64,000 bases of DNA, from NCBI RefSeq assembly GCF_006345805.1, contig NC_043005.1, positions 13,206,001 to 13,270,000 on the forward strand, in the 5' to 3' direction. The translations under genes and the position numbers were made by a program. Below, one piece after another: positions 1-10,759 of this stretch. Below the pieces are notes generated by a model. The model did not search any database, was not told the origin of the DNA, and was given only the letters and a program-made list of their open reading frames with translations. Position 1 is the stretch's first letter; each line of letters opens with the position of its first letter. Source of the DNA: Octopus sinensis (taxonomy: Eukaryota).

Positions 1-232
1 TACTACTTGGATTATTATTTTTATTTTATGCCTTCTTTTGTTCAGTTTTTTTTTTTGGGGGGGGGGGGGCAAGTGAGAGTGGGTTGTGGTTAGCTGTTTT
101 GAAATGGAAAGCAAAGAGGTAATTATACTTAAGAAAAAATAAAATTAAATGAAAAAGATAGCTTTAACTATAATATAATATTAAAAGGCAAAAAGAAAAA
201 TATATTTTAACACAGCAAATCATTCAGAGCTG

Positions 233-1215
233 TTACTCTTTTACTTGTTTCAGTCATTTGACTGTGGCCATGCTGGAGTTCTGCCTTTAGTCGAGCAAAT
301 CGACCCCAGGACTTATTCTTTGTAAGCCTAGTACTTATTCTATTGGTCTCTTTTGCCGAACTGCTAAATTACGGGTACGTAAACACACCAGCATCGGTTG
401 TCAAGTGATGTTGGGGGAGACAAACATACACACACAGTCACACACACACACACACACACATATACACTGGCGAAAATAAATCTAAAACCAATGATAAAAG
501 TTCTATTTCTTACAAAATATTTTGTTACTAACACCATGCAAATTATTTTTATCTGTTACACCTTATGCAGAATTTATTTGTCTTTCGAATTATGCATACA
601 ATAACTATTTTTATACAACTTGAAGAATTCAGATGCTAAATTAATATAAACATTTCAAATTTACTGGCAAAATTAGTTTAAGAACGTATAAAGCTTAAGA
701 TTGTAGCAAAAATGAGCAACAAGAATGAAATAAATATTGGTACTTTGTGCCGTAGCCTTTATTCTTAATAACGACTGAATAACGTCTCAGCATTGAATTT
801 GCTAAGTGATTACAAAATTCTATGTGAATGTTTTGCCATAATTCATTGATATAATTGAATAATTGTTTTAGATTGGATGGTTTTTTAGCATGGACTTTTT
901 GGGAAACATAATTCCACAAGTTCTTGATCAGATTCTAGATAAATCCTGCATAAGGTGTAAAAGATAAAAATAATTTGTATGGTGTTAGTAACAAAATATT
1001 TTGTAAGAAATAGAACTTTTATCATCGGTCTTAAATTTATTTTCACCAGTGTACATATATATATATACGACAGGCTTCTTTCAGTTTCTGTCTACCAAAT
1101 CCACTCACAAGGCTTTGGTCGGCCCAAAGCTATAGTAGAAGACACTTGCCCAAGGTGCCACGCAGTGGTACTGAACCCGGAACCATGTGGTTGGTAAGCA
1201 AGCTACTTACCACAG
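233..1215 (-). mobile_element. tRNA-derived SINE family A, interrupted by a Tc1 derivative
   Basis: Matches the family A sequence repeated across the window (head GGAGTGGCTGTGTGGTAAG..GGGTTCAGTCCC, CORE-like ACCTTGGGCAAGT, central TA/TG microsatellite, tail GAAACAAGTAAAAGAG). Split at 465-1051. Confidence 0.9.
465..1051 (-). mobile_element. Internally deleted Tc1-family DNA transposon
   Basis: TA-flanked ~85-bp TIRs (CACTGG.GAAAATAAAT...). ORF 695-919 is a Tc1 transposase C-terminus (LW...LANSMLRR..VIKNKGYGTKY). Confidence 0.9.
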
Positions 1216-1226
1216 ACTTTCTTTAA

Positions 1227-1444
1227 CTATTTAGCATTTAAACCAGCCATATCCTACCAGAATATTCTTCCTGTTTTATGTTCGAACCAGCCAGATCAGG
1301 CCTCTTACTCTTACCCTACAATGTCGTTCTAAAAATAAACAATCACATCATTGAAATCTCAAAGCTATGAGATAATGCATGATTAATTCAAAACAATGCG
1401 AATGAATAACCATTACATTTGACTCTATTCTGAATGCTAAAGGG
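1227..1444. mobile_element. piggyBac-like MITE
   Basis: TTAA on both sides; short TIRs CTATTTAGCATT / AATGCTAAAGGG. Confidence 0.7.
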
Positions 1445-1450
1445 TTAAAA

Positions 1451-1847
1451 TCTTTTACTTGTTTCAGTCATTTGACTTCGGCCATGCTGGAGCACCGCCT
1501 TTAATCGAGCAACTCGACCCCGGGACTTATTCTTTTGTAAGCCCAGTACTTATTCTATCGGTCTCTTTTGCCGAACTGCTAAGTATCGGGGACATAAACA
1601 CACCAGCATCGGTTGTCAAGCAATGCTAGGGGGACAAACAAAGACGTACAAACACACACACGCATATATATATACATATATACGACGGGCTTCTTTCAGT
1701 TTCCGTCTACCAAATGCACTCACGAGGCTTTGGTCGGCCCGAAGCTATAGTAGAAGACACTTGCCCAAGGTGCCACGCAGTGGGACTGAACCCGGAACCA
1801 TGTGGTTGGTAAACAAGCTACTTACCACACAGCCACTCCTGCGCCTA
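1451..1847 (-). mobile_element. SINE family A, full length
   Basis: Complete head-to-tail match to the family A copies. Confidence 0.92.
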
Positions 1848-1849
1848 TA

Positions 1850-2135
1850 CGTGCCAGAAAATTGCAAAATAACCATTGTGGCTGAACTCACAGTGCTCTG
1901 AGAGGACAAACTTAACATTTCTTACCAACTGAAGAAAGCTAAATATCAGGAGTTGGTGAAAGAGGTGCTTCTCAAAGAATGGCATTTTTCTCATTCCCTA
2001 TTGAAGTTGGCTGCATGGTTTTCCAGCAAGACCAGTGTACTGTTTCATGCAGAAGATTGGTTTGAAACCTAAACACCTGAAGGGAGCCGAGGTTGCTGAG
2101 ACCAGTTCAAAGTGGTTGTAGTTGACAAAAGACCG
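1850..2135 (+). pseudogene. HERO/R2-group non-LTR retrotransposon C-terminal restriction-like endonuclease remnant
   Basis: Broken frames read IVAELTVL*ED, KAKYQELV, PIEVGC and AETSSKWL*L, resembling the ELTVPWE...KY..L...P.EVG.RG...WLW motifs of these elements. Confidence 0.7.
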
Positions 2136-2288
2136 CGGATGGAACGCTTCTGTGAGTGAAAACAAATTCGGTCCTTGCTGCCCAATTCAGACGAAGCATA
2201 TAGGCTAAGAGGCAAAATGCTTGTGACCCTGAGATAACCTGCCGATGCTATGGAAAGGTTTCCAATATTGCAATAATTTTAATGATCA

Positions 2289-2680
2289 GTGGCACATAAA
2301 AAACACCATCCAAGCGTGGCCGTTCGCCAGCCTCGTCTGGCACCTGTGTCGGTGGCACATAAAAAACACCATCCAAGCGTGGCCGTTCGCCAGCCTCGTC
2401 TGGCACCTGTGTCGGTGGCACATAAAAAACACCATCCAAGCGTGGCCGTTCGCCAGCCTCGTCTGGCACCTGTGTCGGTGGCACATAAAAAACACCATCC
2501 GAGCGTGGCCGTTCGCCACCCTCGTCTGGCACCTGTGTCGGTGGCACATAAAAAACACCATCCGAGCGTCGCCGTCTGCCAGCCTCGTCTGGCACCTGTG
2601 TCGGTGGTACATGAAAAAACACCATCCGAGCGTGGCCGTTCGCCAGCCTTGTCTGGCACCTGTATCGGTGGCACATAAAA
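2289..2680 (+). repeat. 63-bp minisatellite, about 6.2 copies
   Basis: Unit GTGGCACATAAAAAACACCATCC(A/G)AGCGTGGCCGTTCGCCAGCCTCGTCTGGCACCTGTGTCG starting at 2289, 2352, 2415 and onward. Confidence 0.97.
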
Positions 2681-2846
2681 TCACCCACTACACTCTCGGA
2701 GTGGTTGGCGTTAGGAAGGGCATCCAGCTGTAGAAACACTGCCAGATCTGACTGGCCTGGTGCAGCCTTCGGGCTCCCCAGACCCCAGTTGAACCGTCCA
2801 ACCCATGCTAGCATGGAAAGCGGACGTTAAACGATGATGATGATGA
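2681..2846 (+). mobile_element. 3' end of a non-LTR retroelement with (GAT)n tail
   Basis: GGTTGGCGTTAGGAAGGGCATCCAGCTGT motif (RTE-associated, from memory) ending in GACGTTAAACGATGATGATGATGA. Confidence 0.65.
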
Positions 2847-3095
2847 AGAGATTATGATATCTGTAAGTTTGCTTCTATAGTTTTTGCATGGAACAACACA
2901 CACCAGTTTGTTTATTGTGACAACTAATTTGAGATGCGTCTAAATATAAATGTCTGGATGCATGAGGAAGTGCAATGGTTGGAATTTACTTATAAATTTT
3001 TTAAAATGTTCTTAACGAAGTCAAAATTATCAGAATTGCTGCAGAGTATTGCCCTAAGGAAAATACATTTTAAGAACTAGATCTTTTGTGGAATT

Positions 3096-3257
3096 CAGTT
3101 CTATATTTAAGAGATGAGGAATTATTTACATTTGATGGATATTTGTCCTTATCTTGTTTGTTGTTAACACAATGTTCGGCTGATATACCCTTCAGCTTTC
3201 ATCAGGTGTCTTGGGGAAATTTCGAATCTGGGTTGTCATTCCTAAGGTATTTTTCGA

Positions 3258-3298
<41 letters not shown>

Positions 3299-3569
3299 TC
3301 ACTGCCTGGAATTGAACTCGGAATCTTGGGGTTAGTAGCCCTCGCTCTTAACCACTACGCCATATGCCCATTCTGAGTTCAATTCCGGGCAGTGACCTGA
3401 ATAATAATAATAATAATAATAACAATAATAACAACATCGAAAATACCTTAGGAATGAGAACCCAGGTTCGAAAATTCCCTAAGACACCTGATGAAGGCTG
3501 GAGGGTATATCAGCCGAAACGTTGTGTTAGCAACAAACAAGATGAGGACAAATATCCATCAAATGTAAG
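3096..3569. mobile_element. Head-to-head dimer of a tRNA-headed, hammerhead-bearing retroelement
   Basis: 3096-3369 (-) and ~3371-3569 (+) are inverted copies. 12-bp TSD TTTTGTGGAATT at 3084-3095 and 3570-3581. Box A TGGCGTAGTGG and box B GAGTTCAATTC on the minus strand. Confidence 0.88.
3484..3527 (+). ncRNA. Minimal type I hammerhead ribozyme motif
   Basis: ACAC-CTGATGA-aGGCTG(loop)CAGCC-GAAA-CGTT-GTGT. A degenerate inverted copy lies at 3167-3209. Confidence 0.75.
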
Positions 3570-3663
3570 TTTTGTGGAATTGTCTTTGAAATGTTAAAGA
3601 CTAGAAGATGCTAAAAAGTATTGCATTAAGAGTGATGAATGAGAATTAAGATATCTCTGTCTG

Positions 3664-3723
<60 letters not shown>

Positions 3724-4432
3724 CACACATACACTGGATTTTGTTTGAAGCCTGGAAAAAATTGAAAATGAGATATTTGTCTTTTGAAGATGGTCAGATA
3801 CAAATAAAGTTTAAATTAATCATAAAATATATCAGGGTAAATCCAACCCTTACAAAGTTTCTCTCAGTTCAGTTCAGTTCAGGTTATTTGTTGGCCTGAG
3901 GTCATGTAGTCAGTGTGTCTTTGTGCTTTTCACTCTCCTCGCTGCTTGACAGTTGGCGTCGGTTTGTTTATGTCCTCGTGACATTAGCAGCTCAACAAAA
4001 AGGACCAATAGAATACGTACCAGACTTTAACAAAATAAATAAATAACGGAAGTACAGGGATCAATTTGTTCAACTAAAACCCTTCGATCCAGTCCAATGA
4101 TGGAAACAAAAACCAAAAGATGCGTGTGTATACAGACACAAATACATACATACACGTACAGAGAAGTATTGTTTTTGGTGGTCGGTATTAATACTAGAGT
4201 ACAGATGTACTCCCGTTGATAAAATGTAAATTCGTGTTTGCAACAGGAAATATACCGCCTTATATTTTCATGTACTTTCTTTTGTTAAAAATTTGGACAA
4301 AATATCTGCTGCAAGCATTGAGTTATGATTCTTTACTTTCTAATTTCAAATCAAACCGGAGTCAACTTCGACGATCACTCATTTAGGTTTTGTTATAAGG
4401 TCTACTTTTAATTATATCCTCCCTATCTATAT

Positions 4433-4590
4433 TCTTTTACTCTTTTACTTGTTTCAGTCATTTGACTGTGGCCATGCTGTAGCCTAGTACTTATTTTATC
4501 GGTCTCTTGCCGAACCGCTAAGTTACGGGGACGTAAATACACCAGCATCGGTTGACAAACACAGACACAGAAACATATACACACGCATAC

Positions 4591-4621
<31 letters not shown>

Positions 4622-4786
4622 TACGACGGGCTTCTTTCAGTTTCTGTCTACCAAATCTACTCACAAGGCTTTGTTCGGCCCGAGGCTATAGTAGAAACAC
4701 TTGCCCAAGGTACCACGCAGTGGGACTGAACCCGGAACCATGTGGTTGGTAAGCAAGCTACTTACCACACAGCCACTCCTGCGCCT
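4433..4786 (-). mobile_element. SINE family A with internal deletion
   Basis: Matches family A. Confidence 0.9.
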
Positions 4787-4819
4787 ATATTCATTAACAG
4801 TTTATATTAAAAATCACCC

Positions 4820-5356
4820 AGGAGTGGCTGAGTGGTAAAGAGTTTGCTTCCCAAACACATGGTTCCTGGCCTCAATCCCTCTGCGTGACACTTTTACTTG
4901 TTTCAGTCATTTGACTGCGGCCATGCTGGAGCACCACCTTTAGTCGAGCAGATCGACCCCAGGACTTACTCTTTGTAAGCCCAGTACTTATTCTATCGGT
5001 CTCTTTTGCCGAACCGCTAAGTGACGGTGATGTAAACACACCAGCATCGGTTGTCAAGCAATGCTAGGGGGACAAACACAGACACACAAACATACATATA
5101 TATATATATATACACATATACGACAGGCTTCTTTCAGTTTCCGTCTACCAAATCCACTCACAAGGCATTGGTCGGCCCGGGGCTATAGCAGAAGACACTT
5201 GCCCAAGGTGCCACGTGGTTGGTTAGCAAGCTACTTACCACACAGCCACTCCTGCGCCTCTTTGAGCAAGAGTTTTTTTTACTATATAGCTTCGGGCCGC
5301 CCAAAGCCTTGTGAGTGGATTTGGTAGACGGAAACAAAGAAGCCCGTCGTGTTTAT
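4820..5356 (+). mobile_element. Older SINE A copy with a younger antisense SINE A nested at 4891-5258
   Basis: The plus-strand head stops at CTGCGTGACAC and resumes with TTTGAGCAAG after a near-complete minus-strand copy. Confidence 0.8.
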
Positions 5357-5365
5357 GTGCCTACA

Positions 5366-6599
5366 TTGGGTCATCTCATAAATAATGCGGTCTTTTCAAT
5401 TGCATGAACTAAAAGTCGGAGGGGGACGGGATAAACTACCTACGTCAACTTGTAAAAGCGGGTAGTAATTTTATCTTGTCCTTATTCTTAGTGCAAGTTT
5501 TGAAGAGTGCCAGTTCGATTTTAAGTTTTTCTTTTTCAAAGCTATAATGGAAGTGATAAAGGAGCATATTCGGCATATTTTGTTTTATGAGTTCAATAAA
5601 GGTAACATCGTTACGGAAGGTGCGAAGAATATTATTGCAATATATGGGGATCGGACAATAAGCGTAAGTCAGTGTCAACAGTGGTTCCAGAAATTCCGAG
5701 CCGGAAATTACATCCTAGAAGACGAGACTCGTCCTGGAAGATCGGCAAACCCTGGTGGAACAAAATCCTTTCGTAACTATTGAGGAATTAGTAGAGAAGC
5801 TTGGATTTGATCATTCAACCATTCATCGACACCTGCATGTTATTGGAAAAGTCAGCAAATTGGGTCAATGGGTTCCTCACAAACTTTCCAAGTCTAATCG
5901 CGCGCAGAGAGTGAATGTGTGCTCTTCTTTGCTGTCACATCTCACGAACCTTTTTTTAATCGAATAGTGACTGGTGACGAGGAATGGGTTCTCTATAAAA
6001 ATGTCAAGCGCCGAAGACAGTGGGTAAGGAAAGGAAAAACACCAGCACCTAAGCTAGAGAAGGTCTTCACTCACGTACGGTGTTATTTGTTTGGTAGGAT
6101 ATGAAGCGTTTAGTCCACTTTGAACTTTTAAACCTAAACCAAACGATAACAAAGGAGATGTACTGCGAGTAGCTTGAATGGCTTAAGTCAGCGCTAGAAG
6201 AAAAACGACCATCTTTGGCTTGAAGACGAAAGGTGTTCTTCCATCAGGATAATGCTCGGCAATGTACAATAAGGATGACATTCCAAAGGCTGGAACAGTT
6301 TGAATGGGAAACGATGCCCCAACCTCCATATTCGACAGACATTACCCCATTAATTCTGTAGTCTTCGAAATCATTTGTACGGAAAAATATGAATTCTGTA
6401 GACGAGGTCAAAGCGGTACTGGAGAAGTATTTTTCGTCACGGACAAGTGAATTTTAGAAGGGCCTTGCAAGTCTACCAGATAGATGGAAGAACACTATAG
6501 AAAACGAAGGAAAGTATATTTTAAATTAAGTAAGAACTTTATCTTAATTTTGAAAAATAAAAGTATAAAAAACCCCACATTATTTATGGGATGACCCAG
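5366..6599 (+). mobile_element. Near full-length mariner (DD34D) transposon with pseudogenised transposase
   Basis: TIRs TTGGGTCATCTCATAAATAATG / CATTATTTATGGGATGACCCAG. Frameshifted transposase 5548-~6500 with WVPHKL, IVTGDEEW, HQDNAR and YSTDITP motifs. Confidence 0.95.
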
Positions 6600-6661
6600 T
6601 ATATATATATATGGCCACAGCTCGTGAGCTGAAACTAGATAAAATGAATATATATATATAA

Positions 6662-6775
6662 TCACCGTGACCGACCAGGCTATCAGATGTTGCTGCACAT
6701 CGCTAGTCACAATGCACTTTACATTGTTTTAGCCTACAAGTGGCGCCACCCCGCTGGCTAAGCGAGTAGGCCAAT
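6662..6775 (-). mobile_element. Short RTE-type 3' end fragment within (TA)n
   Basis: Resembles the 3' ends at 30170-30240 and 37587-37650 (TGTGAC.AGCG...CTGGTCGGTCA..GTGAT). Confidence 0.55.
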
Positions 6776-6853
6776 ATATATATATCGTTTTGGGACTTGG
6801 TTTGTGTTAAATTATAAAGGCACCAAAAGAAAATGACTTTCCCCAGACCCAAT

Positions 6854-6902
<49 letters not shown>

Positions 6903-8348
6903 AGTTTTTGCAAAGGTAAGGCCAACTTTTCTTATATTCACTGCATTAACTGTGCGTGTTTACTTATAGTGAGAGATTTGTGGCTTTGGGGTGTTGACCC
7001 TTATTTCTAGCAAGCTGGTAGTTCGGTACCCTAATTCATTTGTATATATTTTGCCTATTTAGGTTAAGATTGCTGGCCACTTTATTATTATTATACTTAA
7101 TAATGGTAATAATACTTTAATAAATTTGAAATTTTTAACTTGTTCACTTTTTGTTCGTTTTGGAATGTCGCGGGGCATTCAGGTGAACAGACGAACGGTG
7201 TAGTGAATATATTTTTGAAAAATAGCTGTATACGGTAAGCTTGGTAGACGATTCTAAGTGCTTTTGCACAAAAGGTGAAATCAATTGATACCATATGTTC
7301 TTTGCTTTGTAGTTTTTGCAAAGGGGAAGGCGTATTTATCTTATTTTCGTTGCATCAACCGCGCGTGTTTACTTATAGTGAGAGATTTGTGGCGTTTGGA
7401 TTTTGACTCCTATTTCTAGCAAGCTGGTACCGAAATCCGGGGTGAATAGGGAAAACAACCGGGAAAAATATTTTACAAGAATAAGTTGAGATGGTTCATT
7501 GTACTCGTTTCTTTCTAGTTATTTTGTAGGTACATATATATATGCCTTGCGTTCAATGAGATCACTTTGATATAATCACCCTAGCGGTACCCATGGCAAC
7601 TGGAATTCCCAGTTTCGTTTTTGCCACGAAAACGTAAAGTTGTCGGAACTTTCTTTCTGCAGGAGAGGTTGTACCATCGAGGGTGCTCTGACCCGCTCAG
7701 TTTCTTGCAGCAGGTTTCCAAACACACAGTGCACGTGTCTGATTTCCCGGAAAATCCATAGTTATCCTTACCACCGCTTATTTCTGCTTTCACCCCTATT
7801 TTGGTGTTTTGTAGGGGTGAATAGGGATACCATGCCGCGACAGTACAAACCAGTTCCTGGAAAGAAAAAAAAACCCGCCAAAATAGATCCTGAGTGGCTA
7901 GAGGCCGCCAAAAGAGCTGTCGCCAACGGAATGAAACTCGGAAAAGCAGAAGAGGACTTAAAAATTCCTAAGAGTGTTCTTCATCGGCACATCATGTTGG
8001 GAAAAAATATCAAGAAACGTGGTGGACAGACTGTTTTATCTTCAGGTTAGGAGGAAATTCTTGTACAAAGGATCGTGCTGTGCACCTCTTGGGGCTATCG
8101 ATGGACTCCTATGATTTGCGACTGATCGTTAAACGATACCTGAATCGTCGAGGTGTTGATGTGAAAAGATTCAAGGGGAATATGCCTGGTGTAGTTTGGG
8201 CTGAGTCATTTCTCATGAGACACGAAGACGGTTTAAGAGAACGAATATGTCAAAATATCAAACGAGCACGAACCGCCGTCTCTCGACCTACAATAAACTC
8301 ATATTTCAACAATTTACCTGAGAGCTTAGATGGTATACCTGCACCAAA

Positions 8349-8578
8349 GCGGTGAGCTGTCAGAAGCGTCAGCACACCGGACGAAATGCGTAGCAGTATT
8401 TCGTCTGCCGCTACGTTCTGAGTTCAAATTCCGCCGAGGTCGACTTTGCCTTTCATTCTTTCGGGGTCAATTAAATATGTACCAGTTACGCACTGAGGTC
8501 GATATAATCGACTTAATCCGTCTGTCTGTCCTTGTTTGTCCTCTCTGTGTTTAGCCCCTTGTGGGTAGTAAAGAAATA
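8349..8578 (+). mobile_element. SINE family B monomer inside the pogo ORF
   Basis: Box B GAGTTCAAATTC, central GCCTTTCATCCTTTCGGGGTCGAT-type domain; 17-bp TSD GGTATACCTGCACCAAA. Confidence 0.92.
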
Positions 8579-9100
8579 GGTATACCTGCACCAAATATTG
8601 TGAACTACAATGAAACAAACCTAACGGACGACCCGGGACGGAAAAAGTCATCACCGAGCGAAGTACAAAATATCCAGAAAGAATTATGAACACCTCTAAA
8701 GCATCTACTTCTTTGATGTATGCCGCCGCGGCTGATGGCACTCTTCTCCCTCCTTACAGGCTGTTAACCTGTACGACACATGGACACTTGGTGGGCCAAA
8801 AGGTGCCCGATACAACAGAAGTAAGTCGGGCTGGTTTGATCTTCAAAGTTTCAGTGACTGGTTTACAACCATAGCCTTACCTTATCTGAAAAAAACTGGC
8901 AGGTAAAAAAAAGCTTTGATTGGCGACAATCTAAATTCACATTTGTCCTTAGAAGTGATAAAAGCCTGTGAGGAGAACGATATATCCTTCATATTTTACT
9001 TGTAATACCTGTAGTCTTTTTAATTCTTCCAATAATCTGTTGACTTCGTATCACTTTGTTTACCTGTAGCTTTTTTTATTTGTCCGTATTCACCCTGCAG

Positions 9101-9506
9101 GTGAAGGCGGCGAGCTGGTAGATACGTTAGCACGCCGGGCGAAATGCTTAGTGGTATTTCGTCTGCTGCTACGTTCTGAGTTCAAATTCCGCCGAGGTCG
9201 ACTTTGCCTTTCATCCTTTCGGCGTCGATTAAATAAGTACCAGTTACGCACTGGGGTCGATATAATCGACTTAATCCGTTTGTCTGTCCTTGTTTGTCCA
9301 GTCTGTGTTTAGCCCCTTGTGGGTAGTAAAGAAATAGGTATTTCGTCTGCCGTTACGTTCTGAGTTCAAATTCCGCCGAGGTCGACTTTGCCTTTCATCC
9401 CTTCGGGGTCGATTAAATAAGTACTAGTTACGCACTGGGGTCGATATAATCGACTTAATTCGTTTGTCCTCCCTATGTTTAGCCCCTTGTGGGTAGTAAA
9501 GAAATA
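9101..9506 (+). mobile_element. SINE family B dimer
   Basis: Two tandem bodies; 16-bp TSD CGTATTCACCCTGCAG. Confidence 0.92.
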
Positions 9507-9800
9507 CGTATTCACCCTGCAGCTAGTTGAATAAGTCCAATAGTGTGTTGTAGATAACTGTCCCTATTTACCTCAATCGGCGGGCTGAATAGGAACAGTG
9601 GTTTTTTTTTATTTAAAAAAATGGGTGTGTCAATGAATTTTGATAAAGTTTCAATGCGCGTCGGTAGGTTACCGGTAGGGAAATAAATCCCCCTAAATTA
9701 ATCAGTAAATGCTATTGCAGTCGCTTAGTGACATGCATTTGAACCTCAAAATTGTCCCTCACCCCAGATTACGGCATTTCGGAACCCTTATTTATTTGTA

Positions 9801-10232
9801 GGATCTTTTCGGTTTGAACGGCAGTTTTTAACATAATTTTTAGGTAACTAAAAAATTTTAAGCTTCGTATACTGGTAGAATGTGTTTATAAAACATATTT
9901 CTCTCTTGGCTTTATTGAGAAAATTCTATAGTTTGTAAGATATTAGTTGGTTTTTTTTTCTTCAATTTCTGCAATTTCAACCAATCAGTGATGTCCATTG
10001 AGGTAAAAAAAAACATTCTGTGCCGTATGAATATGTCCCTCGTTTAAGAAACAGATTGTGTTTATTTACATTTCTGAAGAAAAAATGATACGCTTCCTCC
10101 CACCCCTAACCCTAACTAACCCTAACCCTAAAACAGATTGAAATGCAATAGATCGATACTAGGGTCATAATTATGAGTGACAATTTCATATGACACCGCT
10201 AGAAAAAATTGCCGTTCAAACCGAAAAGATCC
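9801..10232 (+). mobile_element. MITE with 8-bp TSD (Merlin-like) carrying CCCTAA repeats
   Basis: TIR GGATCTTTTCGGTTTGAACGGCA; TSD TATTTGTA; telomere-type repeats at ~10104-10131. Confidence 0.88.
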
Positions 10233-10759
10233 TATTTGTACACATACACACACACACAACACATATATATGGCTGTGTTTGTCCCCACTACTGCTTGTCA
10301 AATGATTGGTATGTTTATGTCACCATAACTTAGTCTTTCGGCAAAAGTGACGACTGAATAAATATCAGGTTTCAAAAAACTTCTTCAAGTCGGTACCCCA
10401 GCATGGCCGCAGCTTAGTAACTGAAACGAAAGATAAAAAAGGAAAGAATGATAGAGCGGCGAACAAAATTCCTTACTCCATTCAGTCATATCCCTTTATG
10501 TTACGAGTTCAGCTCCCACAACTTTGCCTTTCATCCTTCCAAGGGTAGCGAGAATCAGTTCAAGTCATGGTTTCAAATATCCGACAGGAAACCTATACAT
10601 TTTTATATATAGGTTCGCCTGTTCAGTAGGTTTATCACCACATGACACAGTGTTATTTGACACTTCTTATTTTCTGGACTACATATTTCACTTTTTATGG
10701 CTGCAAATTGATATACAAAGAATTTTCACAGATCTAATGTGTATGCGCACGCGTGTATA

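Larger units (their letters stand above)
7430..9774 (+). mobile_element. pogo/Tigger-like (HTH_psq + CENP-B + DDE) DNA transposon, degraded
   Basis: Imperfect TIRs CCGAAATCCGGGGTGA / TCACCCCAGATTACGG, inserted at TA (empty-site paralog at ~7007-7035). Broken ORF from ATG 7832: MPRQYK...KIPKSVLHRH, GGQTVLS, NIVNYNETNL, LIGDNLNSHL. Confidence 0.88.

Noticed and set aside
1623-1901. Recurrent ORFs such as RRASFSFRLPNPLTRLWSARGYSRRHLPKVPR
   Set aside because: Antisense translations of SINE family A, not a protein family.
2289-2680. CRISPR-like regular repeat and five overlapping ORFs
   Set aside because: Units are contiguous with no unique spacers; the ORFs arise from a stop-free 63-bp unit in eukaryotic repeat DNA.
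5547-6104. SETMAR-like host gene
   Set aside because: Only a frameshifted mariner transposase between TIRs, with no SET domain.
10104-10131. Chromosome end or telomere fusion site
   Set aside because: Only a few units, internal to a MITE that occurs twice in the window.
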